From positions 704,001-768,000 of the forward strand of contig CAVUZH010000013.1 of assembly GCA_963745835.1 (NCBI GenBank): a stretch of 64,000 nt of DNA, given 5' to 3'. Below, piece by piece: positions 29,221 through 38,453 of the stretch. Made by a program: the position numbers and the translations under genes. The notes below the pieces were generated by a model, which saw nothing but the letters and a program-made list of their open reading frames with translations, was not told where the DNA came from and did not search any database. The stretch is from an uncultured delta proteobacterium (GTDB taxonomy: Bacteria; Desulfobacterota; Binatia; UBA9968). Each line of letters begins with the position of its first letter. Within the stretch, counting starts at the first letter, position 1.

Positions 29221-30210
29221 TTAACGATCCAACGTTTTGAACCAGCCGCTTTGTTCGAGATCTTTCAACAGACTATTATCGACGAAGTCGCCGGCTTTGG
29301 CTTCACGCGCTTCTTTTCCCGGCGTGCGTTTGAGAATCTCATCCACGCCTTCCGTGCGCACGTAAGGGATGCGATCGCCGCTGTAGCGCACGCCGTAAGT
29401 GTGATGGAGTTGGGCCAAGGTTTCGCTGTCGCTGACTTTGGTATACTTGGATAGAACTTTCATACTGAACTCTTTATCATTGCGCAGCCGATTGAGACCT
29501 TGGCTGAAACCTCGCATAAAGCGCAATGCGCTATCCCGATTTCCTTTGATGAACGATTGTGTCGTCGAGACAGGTGTGTTGGGGAAAACAATTTTCAATT
29601 GGCCGACATCGACCAGTTCGTGCATGCCGGCTTTCGCCGCTCTGAAATTGCTGGGCGGCGAGAGCACCACAGCATCCAAGACGCCTGCGATCAGACCAGC
29701 CAACCCTTCAGGCATGCCCCCGGTTTGAATCACAGTAATCTCGCGCCGCTCCAGCCCCCACTGCTTCAATCCCGCGTCGAGCGCCCAGTCGGTAGAGCCG
29801 CCAAGGCGGGTCACACCGACTTTTTTACCTTTGAGATTTGCCGGCTGTTTGATTTCCGGCCGGGACATGATCGAGAACACCAAAGAATTACCGGTGTTGC
29901 CGACTAGAACGAGATCGGCGCCGCGAAGTGAAGCATTGATCACCGGCACTGAAGGTCCATACGCAAATGGCACATCGCCGCTGATCATCGATTGGATCAA
30001 CAGCGAGCCGCCGCCGATATAAAGCAACTCGACATCCAGCCCCTCGCGTTTAAAGTAGCCCCCTTCTTGCGCTACCCAGAGAGACGACATAGCGCCGCTG
30101 ATGGCGCTGTAGGCGACCCGCAGCGGCGCGGCTTCGACGGCGCTGGCAAGCGGAAGGATCCCGAGAAACAGTGACATCAGAAAAGGCAAGAGTGTTGCCG
30201 GAAGTTTCAA
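29221..30210 (-). CDS. ABC-type substrate-binding protein, NMT1/SsuA-like
   Basis: Signal peptide; AYSAISGAM, LKGKKVGVTRLGGSTD. Confidence 0.9.
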   Translation of the reverse strand: MKLPATLLPFLMSLFLGILPLASAVEAAPLRVAYSAISGAMSSLWVAQEGGYFKREGLDVELLYIGGGSLLIQSMISGDVPFAYGPSVPVINASLRGADLVLVGNTGNSLVFSIMSRPEIKQPANLKGKKVGVTRLGGSTDWALDAGLKQWGLERREITVIQTGGMPEGLAGLIAGVLDAVVLSPPSNFRAAKAGMHELVDVGQLKIVFPNTPVSTTQSFIKGNRDSALRFMRGFSQGLNRLRNDKEFSMKVLSKYTKVSDSETLAQLHHTYGVRYSGDRIPYVRTEGVDEILKRTPGKEAREAKAGDFVDNSLLKDLEQSGWFKTLDR

Positions 30211-30212
30211 GA

Positions 30213-31445
30213 TTAAAACACTCCTTTGGCTCTAATACCGGTAAACGAGTCGATATCGATCACCTTGGCGGATTCTTCGAGTAGAGGAACCCCTTTCGGA
30301 ACTCCTCCTTCTTGTATCGTCTCAATCGCCCCGAGAATGATCTTTCGCAGCAGGATGACGCCCTTGTCCGAAGTTCCAAGCTGCTCTTTACGCTCGGCGA
30401 TGGTTCCCTGCGTTGACTGGCTCATAATGTCTTCGCTGCGGACGCTGCCGCGAAAAGGCGAGTACCGGCGCTGGTCGTATTCCTTCTTTTGGATTTTCGG
30501 CGCAATGCGCCGGCTCGGCTCAAGCTTCTGAAAAAATTCCCGATCGGGCCCGGTGTAATGATTGACGGTGAACAGCGTAAAATGATCATCGTCGCTGGGC
30601 GTCACAAACATAAAATGCGCGTTGTACGAGCCTGCAGCCAGCGCCTCTTTCGGTTTTTCAAAATGGGTAAATTCGGTATCGCCGATTTGCAAAATACTCG
30701 GCAGAGCAAAGCTCTTCTCATCGACGTACTCAGTATCGGCAGTGGGTCCTGGTTTGCGCGAGATCACTTTCATGCCGTAGGAAGTTTCCACCGCGTCAAA
30801 GGACGGAATGTCTTTGAAATTAAAAAACCAGCTGCGCCAGGTGCCGTCGTCGGGATCCGCGCGATGGAGGATCGAAAAGTGCGCCGGGTCGGCGCCATTC
30901 TCGATGAAATTGAACCAATTGTAATCATACTGGCGGGTTGCTTCTAACGATCTCTGCCCATTTGGATCGACCAAAGCTTTATACTGCGGCAATGGCGGCG
31001 GGCTCTCCTGATCGGGACCCATATAGGCGAAAATCAATCCACCGAGTTCTGCAACGGGATAGGAGAGATGCTTTACTTTGCGGCAAAAAATACTTCCCAT
31101 AGGTTCCGCCGGTTGCTCCAAGCACTGACCGGAGACATCGAACAACCACCCATGATACGGGCAGCGAATCCCGCCGTTCTCGATATCGCCATATTCTAGA
31201 GAGCTGCCCCGGTGCGGGCAGTGAAGGCCAAGTAACCCAATCCTGCGGCGGTCGTCGCGAAATAAAACTAATTCCTCACCCAGCACTCTAATGGCTCGAG
31301 GGATGTCCCGCAGCTCACCGGCTACGCCAACGGCCAGCCAATAACGGCGGAACCAATCGCCCGCAGGAGTGCCGCGGCCGACGCGGCACAGATCGCTCAA
31401 AAAAACCTTTCGGGCTTTCTTCGTTATGTCCTGTGTCATCGTCAT
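30213..31445 (-). CDS. Rieske non-heme iron oxygenase alpha subunit
   Basis: CPHRGSSL..CPYHGW; ENGADPAHFSILH; EDIMSQ. Confidence 0.92.
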   Translation of the reverse strand: MTMTQDITKKARKVFLSDLCRVGRGTPAGDWFRRYWLAVGVAGELRDIPRAIRVLGEELVLFRDDRRRIGLLGLHCPHRGSSLEYGDIENGGIRCPYHGWLFDVSGQCLEQPAEPMGSIFCRKVKHLSYPVAELGGLIFAYMGPDQESPPPLPQYKALVDPNGQRSLEATRQYDYNWFNFIENGADPAHFSILHRADPDDGTWRSWFFNFKDIPSFDAVETSYGMKVISRKPGPTADTEYVDEKSFALPSILQIGDTEFTHFEKPKEALAAGSYNAHFMFVTPSDDDHFTLFTVNHYTGPDREFFQKLEPSRRIAPKIQKKEYDQRRYSPFRGSVRSEDIMSQSTQGTIAERKEQLGTSDKGVILLRKIILGAIETIQEGGVPKGVPLLEESAKVIDIDSFTGIRAKGVF

Positions 31446-31528
31446 CTATGGTGATCCTATCGAGCCATTTAAAGTCATGTCAATCTTAATTTACTTAATG
31501 ATTGGTTTCATTTTTCTAAAGTATTCCT

Positions 31529-31865
31529 ATGGAGACCACGCAACTAAATAGTTTTTGTTGGATCGTGAAGAGCGGTTCCCTCAAAGATGCCGCCAAGCGC
31601 TGTTTCTCACTCCTTCCGCCCTATCCCTGCAGATCAAGGCACTCGAACAGGAGCTCGCCTTGAAGCTTTTCGTCATAAGGGACGCAAACTGGAGCTCACG
31701 CCGCAGGGTGAGATTTTCTACGTCGGAGTTAGAAAGGTGCTCAATCGGTTGAGGAGGCAAAGGAAAAATCCAAAAATCATGCGGCCGATTTCAGCGGGAA
31801 AATCTCTCTGGCGGCGCTGTCGCTGCTCCTCGGTACGAAACGTGCTGACCAGGCGAACTCGTGAC
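31529..31865 (+). pseudogene. LysR-family regulator remnant, divergent from the catabolic cluster
   Basis: METTQLNSFCWIVKSGSLKDAAK / LFLTPSALSLQIKALEQELALKL / RHKGRKLELTPQGE across three frames; effector domain missing. Confidence 0.8.
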
Positions 31866-32222
31866 CCCGTCGGGCTGAGACGAAGACATCGAGAGTTTAC
31901 ATACGTCAAGAAACAATGAGACTAGAAATCTAGTTGTAGCCCAGTCGATCGTCAAATTTGCCACAACGCAAGCGCACGCAGCTGCTTGATTGGAGATTCT
32001 GTTTCATTTAAGCAACAACATCCAATGCGCTATTCCCAACCGTGGGACTATCGTGTATCTTAGAAGTTCTCTTATTGTCTCGGGTTTTACCAAATCCTCC
32101 GGGCCTGGCCATTGCTTAGCGGAAGGCTTGTTCCTATCGAGTCACCGTGCAGCTGAGTTACTTGTGCCGAGCTAGGCGCAGAATGGATGTAGCTTGCATG
32201 CCTATTATCAAGAGTCCGAGCT

Positions 32223-32417
32223 ATGAAAAGTAGACCGATTGCCGACCGAACATACGTAGCTGTGATGCAGCGTTACGAGAAAGAGGATCATAGGCGCACT
32301 AAGATCATACGCATGATCATCAACCAACGGATCCAAAGCTCCAGGGAACAAGCCGCTGCTTTATACGCGTTTCACAAGTGTCTAACTGAATCGCGAGTAA
32401 AGAGTTCTACTAACTAG
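32223..32417 (+). CDS. Small hypothetical protein
   Basis: ORF only. Confidence 0.3.
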   Translation: MKSRPIADRTYVAVMQRYEKEDHRRTKIIRMIINQRIQSSREQAAALYAFHKCLTESRVKSSTN

Positions 32418-32526
32418 ATGCGCAGTGTCGTCGTGGATTAGTGGCTGCCAACTTTACCCACAGGTAGGTATTGCCGAACAACAATTGCAGCAAAGCGGCG
32501 TTCAAGTGATGACTCGAGGAGATTCT

Positions 32527-32787
32527 ATGCATGCAGAAATTATCTTGAAGTACGAAGAGAAAGAGCATTTACTTGCCAGCGCTTCACGCAAATCACCTGC
32601 ACGCTCGGTCCTCAAAATGGCTCGGCCTAAAATTAATCATCCTCAACTTGTTACGATTCCCTGCGATGAGCAAGGGGCCGCTGCCATCTTAGAAGTTGCA
32701 CAGCGAAACTATGGCAGCACCTGCCGAGTTATGAAGATTCAGATGAAAAGGCTGGGTCTACTGAAATCGATTCTTCAAGCTAGATAA
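32527..32787 (+). CDS. Small hypothetical protein
   Basis: GAGGAG RBS before ATG 32527; plausible composition. Confidence 0.5.
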   Translation: MHAEIILKYEEKEHLLASASRKSPARSVLKMARPKINHPQLVTIPCDEQGAAAILEVAQRNYGSTCRVMKIQMKRLGLLKSILQAR

Positions 32788-33452
32788 GCTACTCAACGCT
32801 GACGATTGTTCTAACTGGGGTACGTTGATCTCACGCGACAACACCCGGATTTAACTCCTTGAAGCGGCGGTCGGCCCTGATTTCGCGAGCAAGATAGATG
32901 TGCTTTTCTGTAACAGCTCGATCGCGGCTCGATCTGCTTCTCCCACGCCCATTTCTGACTGACTGTAACATCCTCCCTTAACCGAAACTCGTCTCGGAGA
33001 GATCTTCCTCGATGCAAACTGCAGTTCTGCGGTGACGTTTCGCTTACGAGCAATTTCGCTTCTGAACCTCGGCCGTTGCTCTCGATGATCATATTCAAGC
33101 TATAGAGATTCCGATGCTTCGGAGGCGATAACTCATTGCCGTTCAGCAGGTGTTGGGTGTTAAGAAAGGTGCACAGCAAAGATCGGCTCGCCAAACCCAA
33201 GAAAGCTTTTGGGGGCAACCTCAATCATCTCAGCGAGAAAGCTAGAAATGCCCCGTTACGTTGTTAGCTTGGCAGAGGGCTTTTTTGTTGACGGAGGCAA
33301 TCGAGGGGAGATGCCGGCGACGCGGAACTTGGTTTATCGTTTCATTACGCAATAAGTAAATGGCGCATAGTGGGCGCTTAAGGTTCTCTGATGACGGTGC
33401 CGGTGGATTATCGAAAACGCTAGCCGGTGACATGCGCAAAGTAGTCAAGAGG

Positions 33453-33529
33453 TGGTGGTCGCAGAGGGACTTGAACCCCCGACCTCTCGCATGTGAGGCG
33501 AGCGCTCTAACCAACTGAGCTATGCGACC
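33453..33529 (-). tRNA. tRNA-Val(CAC)
   Basis: GGTCGCATAGCTCAGTTGGTTAGAGCG CTCGC-CT-CAC-AT-GCGAG ...GGTTCAAGTCC...GCGACCACCA. Confidence 0.97.
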
Positions 33530-33750
33530 ATAGGTTGTTTTATCTAACACCTTGAACAATAAGCTTCAAGAATCGTTGATCTCAGTTCAGCATTCAAGAA
33601 TGGAGGATTGAGCTGAGCTAGTGACATATACTCTGAACAGCGACATCCAATCGATCACCCAAACTTGGAGTGCTGGTTGGTCGCGGGCATTTGGACCAAC
33701 TTCCCTGCTGGTCAGCCGGCGGATTTGAATCGCTTGCCAGTTAAAGAGAC

Positions 33751-34419
33751 TTACACGAAACCCATTTTGCGACCCCAATTCTCAGGATCCTGCAAAAAAT
33801 CAGTGATGTGCTTGCTGGCGCTCTCAGTGAAATAGCTTTTAGCCAATCCGGTGTCCAGCACGTCATCCCAATTTGCGAGCACGTGCAGCGAAATATCGTT
33901 TTTTGCTAGATTGTCCTTGCCCTCATGCTGGTTTAGCCGGTCCGAAGCATAATCGAATACACAGAGGCAGTGCGTCATCTTTGCCCCAGCGGCGCGTATT
34001 CCGATATTGAAACGAAGCTTGCTCAGTCCATCGGTGACCAAGTCTTCGACCAGCAATACTTTCTTCCCGGCATTGAGGATGCCTTCTATCTGCTTAGTCC
34101 CGCCGTACCCTTTCGGCTGCTTGCGAATATAAATCATCGGCTTTTTGATGAGATGAGCAACAAAAGAAGCGTAGGGAATACCTGCCGTCTCGCCTCCGGC
34201 GACAACATCGATTTTGTCGATTCCTATTTCTGCTTCAACCATCCTGGCTAATGCAGCGACGATGTATTCACGTTCCGTTGGGAACGATAGGAGCTTGCGA
34301 CAATCGATATACACCGGCGAGATGCGTCCGGAAACGAAAACAAAGGGGGTTTCTTTGTAGACCTGAATGGACTCTGTTGACAGCAGCATCTCGGCAACTT
34401 TTTTGGAAACTTCACTCAT
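33751..34419 (-). CDS. pyrE: Orotate phosphoribosyltransferase
   Basis: SGRISPVYIDCR, GETAGIP, RKQPKGYG, LVEDLVTDG. Confidence 0.93.
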   Translation of the reverse strand: MSEVSKKVAEMLLSTESIQVYKETPFVFVSGRISPVYIDCRKLLSFPTEREYIVAALARMVEAEIGIDKIDVVAGGETAGIPYASFVAHLIKKPMIYIRKQPKGYGGTKQIEGILNAGKKVLLVEDLVTDGLSKLRFNIGIRAAGAKMTHCLCVFDYASDRLNQHEGKDNLAKNDISLHVLANWDDVLDTGLAKSYFTESASKHITDFLQDPENWGRKMGFV

Positions 34420-34530
34420 GAACCGGCCTTTCAATTGTATATGGAGCTATAACACACGGATTTGGCTCTTTCCAACTTACTTTTATATTCACGATGTAGT
34501 TTTTCAGCATTGCACGAAGCTGCTAAAATC

Positions 34531-35832
34531 ATGCGCATGAAGCCGCAAAGCCCGAATGCCGTCCAGAGCCGACCCGATATCACAATTAACAAGCGCCGAT
34601 TGTTGCGCGACCTGAACGCCGTTTCCAGAATTGGTTTAGGCGATCACGGCTCGGTGACTCGGCTGGTGTTTTCGATCAAGGAACTGCGCAGTCGTCAATT
34701 TCTCATCCATCAGATGCGGCAAATCGGGTTGCAGATCAACATCGATCGTATCGGCAACATCTTCGGAAGACTCGAGGGGTCTTACCCGAAGGCGCCTGCT
34801 GTGCTTGCCGGCTCGCACCTAGACACCGTCGTCCAGGGCGGAAAATATGATGGTACGATGGGGGTTATTGCCGCCCTTGAAGCAGCTCGGACACTGAAAG
34901 AACACAACGTTGCGTTGCGCTCGCCGGTTGAAGTCGTTTGTTTCGTCGGTGAAGAGTCGAGCCGCTTTGGTTTTTCAACCCTGGGGAGCAGCTTGGTTGC
35001 GGGTGAAGTGCGGGCTGAGGATCTTACAAACGCCAGCGATGTACAGGGAGCAAAACTAGAGGATATTTTGGCCGGACTCGGCATTCATCGAAACAACCTC
35101 CTCTCGCTGCGCCGAGATCCCTCATCTTTGAAAGCCTACCTTGAATTGCACATCGAGCAGGGCCCAATTTTAGAAGCAAGAAAGAAACCTATCGGCGTAG
35201 TGACATCAATTGCGGCGCCGACACGCTTCAAGGTAATCATCACCGGTCAGGCCGATCATTCGGGCACAACTCCAATGGACATGCGCAAGGACGCTCTGGT
35301 TGCGGCAGCGGAATTAACGATGGCGGTAGAAGGGATTTGTCGGGAGCATTCGGATATGGACAAGGGGCGAGTGGTCGGGACTGTGGGCGCACTGAAGATT
35401 GAGCCTGGAGTGATCAATGCGGTGCCGGGCAAGGCGGAACTAGCAGTCGACGTACGGAGCATCACTGCGGCAGCCAAGAACCGGGTCGTCCGTTCGATCG
35501 AGGCCAAAATTCGCGAAATCGCTCTGCGCCGCAAAGTAAAAATCAAAATATTACCAATCAGAAAAGAGGACCCCGTGCCTCTGGATAAACGTGTAGTCCA
35601 TCTGCTACAAGACTGCTGCGAGGCTCGAGAGGTTCCTTACGAGATTATGCCTTCAGGGGCCGGTCACGACGCAATGCAGATGGCAAAAATTACTCCAGCG
35701 GGAATGTTGTTTATTCCAAGCCGCCGCGGTATTAGCCATAATCCGTTGGAATGGTCTGCTCCGCAGGACATCTCTCTGGGCGCACAATTACTACTAGACG
35801 CTATCGTGCGAGCCGCCAATGAAAAAATCTAA
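34531..35832 (+). CDS. M20 Zn-dependent N-carbamoyl-amino-acid/allantoate amidohydrolase family
   Basis: GSHLDTV..GGKYDG, EESSRF, ELHIEQG, HSGTTPM, SGAGHDA, GISHNP. Confidence 0.92.
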   Translation: MRMKPQSPNAVQSRPDITINKRRLLRDLNAVSRIGLGDHGSVTRLVFSIKELRSRQFLIHQMRQIGLQINIDRIGNIFGRLEGSYPKAPAVLAGSHLDTVVQGGKYDGTMGVIAALEAARTLKEHNVALRSPVEVVCFVGEESSRFGFSTLGSSLVAGEVRAEDLTNASDVQGAKLEDILAGLGIHRNNLLSLRRDPSSLKAYLELHIEQGPILEARKKPIGVVTSIAAPTRFKVIITGQADHSGTTPMDMRKDALVAAAELTMAVEGICREHSDMDKGRVVGTVGALKIEPGVINAVPGKAELAVDVRSITAAAKNRVVRSIEAKIREIALRRKVKIKILPIRKEDPVPLDKRVVHLLQDCCEAREVPYEIMPSGAGHDAMQMAKITPAGMLFIPSRRGISHNPLEWSAPQDISLGAQLLLDAIVRAANEKI

Positions 35833-36358
35833 AAACGTAAGACTTTTGACGGCGCCCGAAATAAAAAAGAATCTCGAACGCATGAGCCGGGAAATTCTTC
35901 GACAAAATAGGGCTTCGGATTCTTTGGCCTTCATCGGCGTCCGCACCCGCGGCCTTTTTTTGGCGCAGCGGGTACGAGGCATGATTCAAAAATCCCATCA
36001 CAAAGAGATTCCTCTAGGCGAAATGGACATTAGCTTATATCGAGACGACCTCAATGCGCTGCTTCCCGAAGGAAAAGTCGACCATACGAGCATCCCGTTC
36101 GACATCAATAACAAAACGATCATTCTATTCGACGACGTGCTCCACACCGGGCGGACGGTACGAGCCGCAGTGGATCATTTGATCGACTTAGGACGCCCCA
36201 GAGCCATTCATCTAGCCGTGCTCATAGACCGCGGCGGACGCGAGTTTCCCATTGCCGCCAATTTTATTGCGAGAAAAATCAATTTACCGCAAGGCGGAGA
36301 GGTTCGGCTCAAGCTCAAAGAAGTGGACGGCCGAGACGAAGTGGTGGTTAGAAGATAA
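35819..36358 (+). CDS. pyrR: Bifunctional pyr regulator / uracil phosphoribosyltransferase
   Basis: GVRTRG, DISLYRDD, DDVLHTGRTVRAA, LIDRGGREFPI. Confidence 0.92.
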   Translation: MKKSKNVRLLTAPEIKKNLERMSREILRQNRASDSLAFIGVRTRGLFLAQRVRGMIQKSHHKEIPLGEMDISLYRDDLNALLPEGKVDHTSIPFDINNKTIILFDDVLHTGRTVRAAVDHLIDLGRPRAIHLAVLIDRGGREFPIAANFIARKINLPQGGEVRLKLKEVDGRDEVVVRR

Positions 36359-36509
36359 ACTGGACAAGCCGCTTACAGCTGTTGAGCATGGACGCAACGG
36401 CAAGCGCTGACTGAAAATCAGAGATCGTGGCGCTCATGGTAAGAGATGCTTAAAATAGCCGCGATCAAACGCGATGTTGCAGGGCTCGAAATAGCAGAGA
36501 CTAGTGAGT

Positions 36510-37211
36510 TCAGGCAGCAGACTGTTCGATCTTCAACTGGCGGCGCATAACTAAGGCCAAAACATCGCAGGGTTCACGGTGAGAATCGATAAATCGTCGT
36601 ATGTCGTCCAACTCTCGCGGTTGGAAATACGGCGAACATTTCGCTATCAACAGTTCGATGACGTCAGCTGGTAGTAATCCAAAAGTGACGTTATCGTCTT
36701 CGGAACAAAAGTCAGCAACCTCAATCGTCTCTGGTTCTATTACCGTGACCACATCCCTGAATAGCTGTACGAACAGATCAATTTTCTGATCGTCGAAGGC
36801 ATCAGCATACCACTTAAAATGGCATCGCATCTCTTTTTTGATTTCCCTATCTTGAATGCAGACCGTCAGACCTTCATCAACCAGCCGGCCGCGCGTCACT
36901 TCAAAGCTCAAAGGTTCGGCAATATTTGCGCGCGATTGCCGCAGAAGAAGATGGTCACGTCCATTAGTCACCTCAATGTACGCAACACCCATAGGATCAG
37001 ACATCGAGCTCTGGCAAAAATGCTTCTCGCTTGATGCTTTCAACGGTTCTAACCGATGACCTTCGTGTTGTTTCATAAAAGCACGCCAGTCGTCGCCGGG
37101 TATCTCCTCGACCTCACCGTTAACGTAGACATACTGGGGAGCTCGATCGCAGGACGTTACGTGATGCACGGCGTCACAGTTGCGACACCAGATGAATCTA
37201 TCACTAACCAT
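36510..37211 (-). CDS. Hypothetical protein, possible Zn site
   Basis: CRNC...HEGH; overlaps the stop of the upstream kinase. Confidence 0.75.
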   Translation of the reverse strand: MVSDRFIWCRNCDAVHHVTSCDRAPQYVYVNGEVEEIPGDDWRAFMKQHEGHRLEPLKASSEKHFCQSSMSDPMGVAYIEVTNGRDHLLLRQSRANIAEPLSFEVTRGRLVDEGLTVCIQDREIKKEMRCHFKWYADAFDDQKIDLFVQLFRDVVTVIEPETIEVADFCSEDDNVTFGLLPADVIELLIAKCSPYFQPRELDDIRRFIDSHREPCDVLALVMRRQLKIEQSAA

Positions 37212-38325
37212 AATTCCGCTGCTCCAGAGGCACTGCAGCCGAGGCGACAGCTTTAGAAGGGAATCTCATCAGCACTGTCGTGCCGACGCCCGGCTCACTT
37301 TTAACCTGAATTGCACCACCGATCAGCTCGGCCATTCGCCGTGCCACCGTGAGACCCAGCCCGAGCCCGGAGAACGAACGATGGATGGAGTTGTCCACTT
37401 GTTGAAAGGGCTCGAAAACTGAATCCATCTTACTCTTGTCAATGCCGATTCCGGTGTCGGAAACCTCTAGATCCAGGATTCCTCGATCCGAAGATACACG
37501 AGCTTTCACCCGGATTTCGCCCACCGAAGTAAACTTAACTGCGTTGTTGAATATATTTTGAAAGATTCTTTCCACCTTCGCACGATCGCTGATGATCGAT
37601 GCGCCGCCCTCTGGGATGTCGATTGTCAGGGTCAAGTTTTTTTCCCCGATTGTTCGCTGATAACGCTTCACGGTTTCATCGACGATCTGGCGCGCATCGA
37701 ATTTCTCGATGATGGGTGAGGTGTCGCCAGAGCTGAGTGACGTCATCCATAAAACGTTATCGATCAGCTCCAACAGTTCTTCGGAGTTGCGGTAGACGGT
37801 CTCGAGGACCTTTTGCTGCTCTTCGCTGAGCTTGCCAATAACTTGGTTGAGCAATAAATAGACAAAGCCCACAACCACGCTTAACGGCGTTCGCAATTCG
37901 TGCGACACGTTGGAGAGGAAGTCCGATCTTACTTGTCGCAGCTTAGTCTTCGCCCCGCGACGCTCAATACCGCGGCGGACGAGAGATAGAATGTGATTTA
38001 CGTCGAAAGGTTTAGAGATGTAATCGAACGCGCCAAGGCGGAGTCCTTCGATAGCTGTGTCCAAAGAGCCGTAACCTGTGATGATGATCGCTTCGATATC
38101 CGGATCATGCTGTTTCACCTTTTCCAGAACATTGATACCGGTAAAACCTGGCATCTTGAGATCCAATGTAACTAGGTCGACCGGAAACTTGTTTAGGAAA
38201 TCGACTGCTTGACCTCCCCGCTCGGCGATATGAACGGTGTAATAAGGATTGAGAATCATCTTCAAGGATTCTCGAGGTCCCATTTCGTCATCTACGACAA
38301 GAATGTGCGGCTTGTTCGAGTCCAT
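37204..38325 (-). CDS. Hybrid response regulator/histidine kinase
   Basis: REC (VDDE, LDLKMP, KPF) + SHELRTPL, NNAVKFT, DTGIG, GLGLGL. Confidence 0.95.
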   Translation of the reverse strand: MDSNKPHILVVDDEMGPRESLKMILNPYYTVHIAERGGQAVDFLNKFPVDLVTLDLKMPGFTGINVLEKVKQHDPDIEAIIITGYGSLDTAIEGLRLGAFDYISKPFDVNHILSLVRRGIERRGAKTKLRQVRSDFLSNVSHELRTPLSVVVGFVYLLLNQVIGKLSEEQQKVLETVYRNSEELLELIDNVLWMTSLSSGDTSPIIEKFDARQIVDETVKRYQRTIGEKNLTLTIDIPEGGASIISDRAKVERIFQNIFNNAVKFTSVGEIRVKARVSSDRGILDLEVSDTGIGIDKSKMDSVFEPFQQVDNSIHRSFSGLGLGLTVARRMAELIGGAIQVKSEPGVGTTVLMRFPSKAVASAAVPLEQRNYG

Positions 38326-38453
38326 GGCCGCTCCTTACGCAAAAAGTGTGCTAGATGGCTTTGTCTAAGAAAACTAAGAACTTACAGGGAAATTGGAGGC
38401 TACAGAGGTAAAACGGAAGGATTAACGGTACAAATTTGTCCAAAATTGTCGAT

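Noticed and set aside
31900-33452. Island integrated at the tRNA-Val 3' end
   Set aside because: Gene-poor DNA is suggestive, but no integrase or att repeat was found in the window
38339-38453. Sigma54 promoter TAGCACACTTTTTGC with upstream GACAA(T/A)TTTG repeats
   Set aside because: The invariant GG is absent and the site is too close to the start codon
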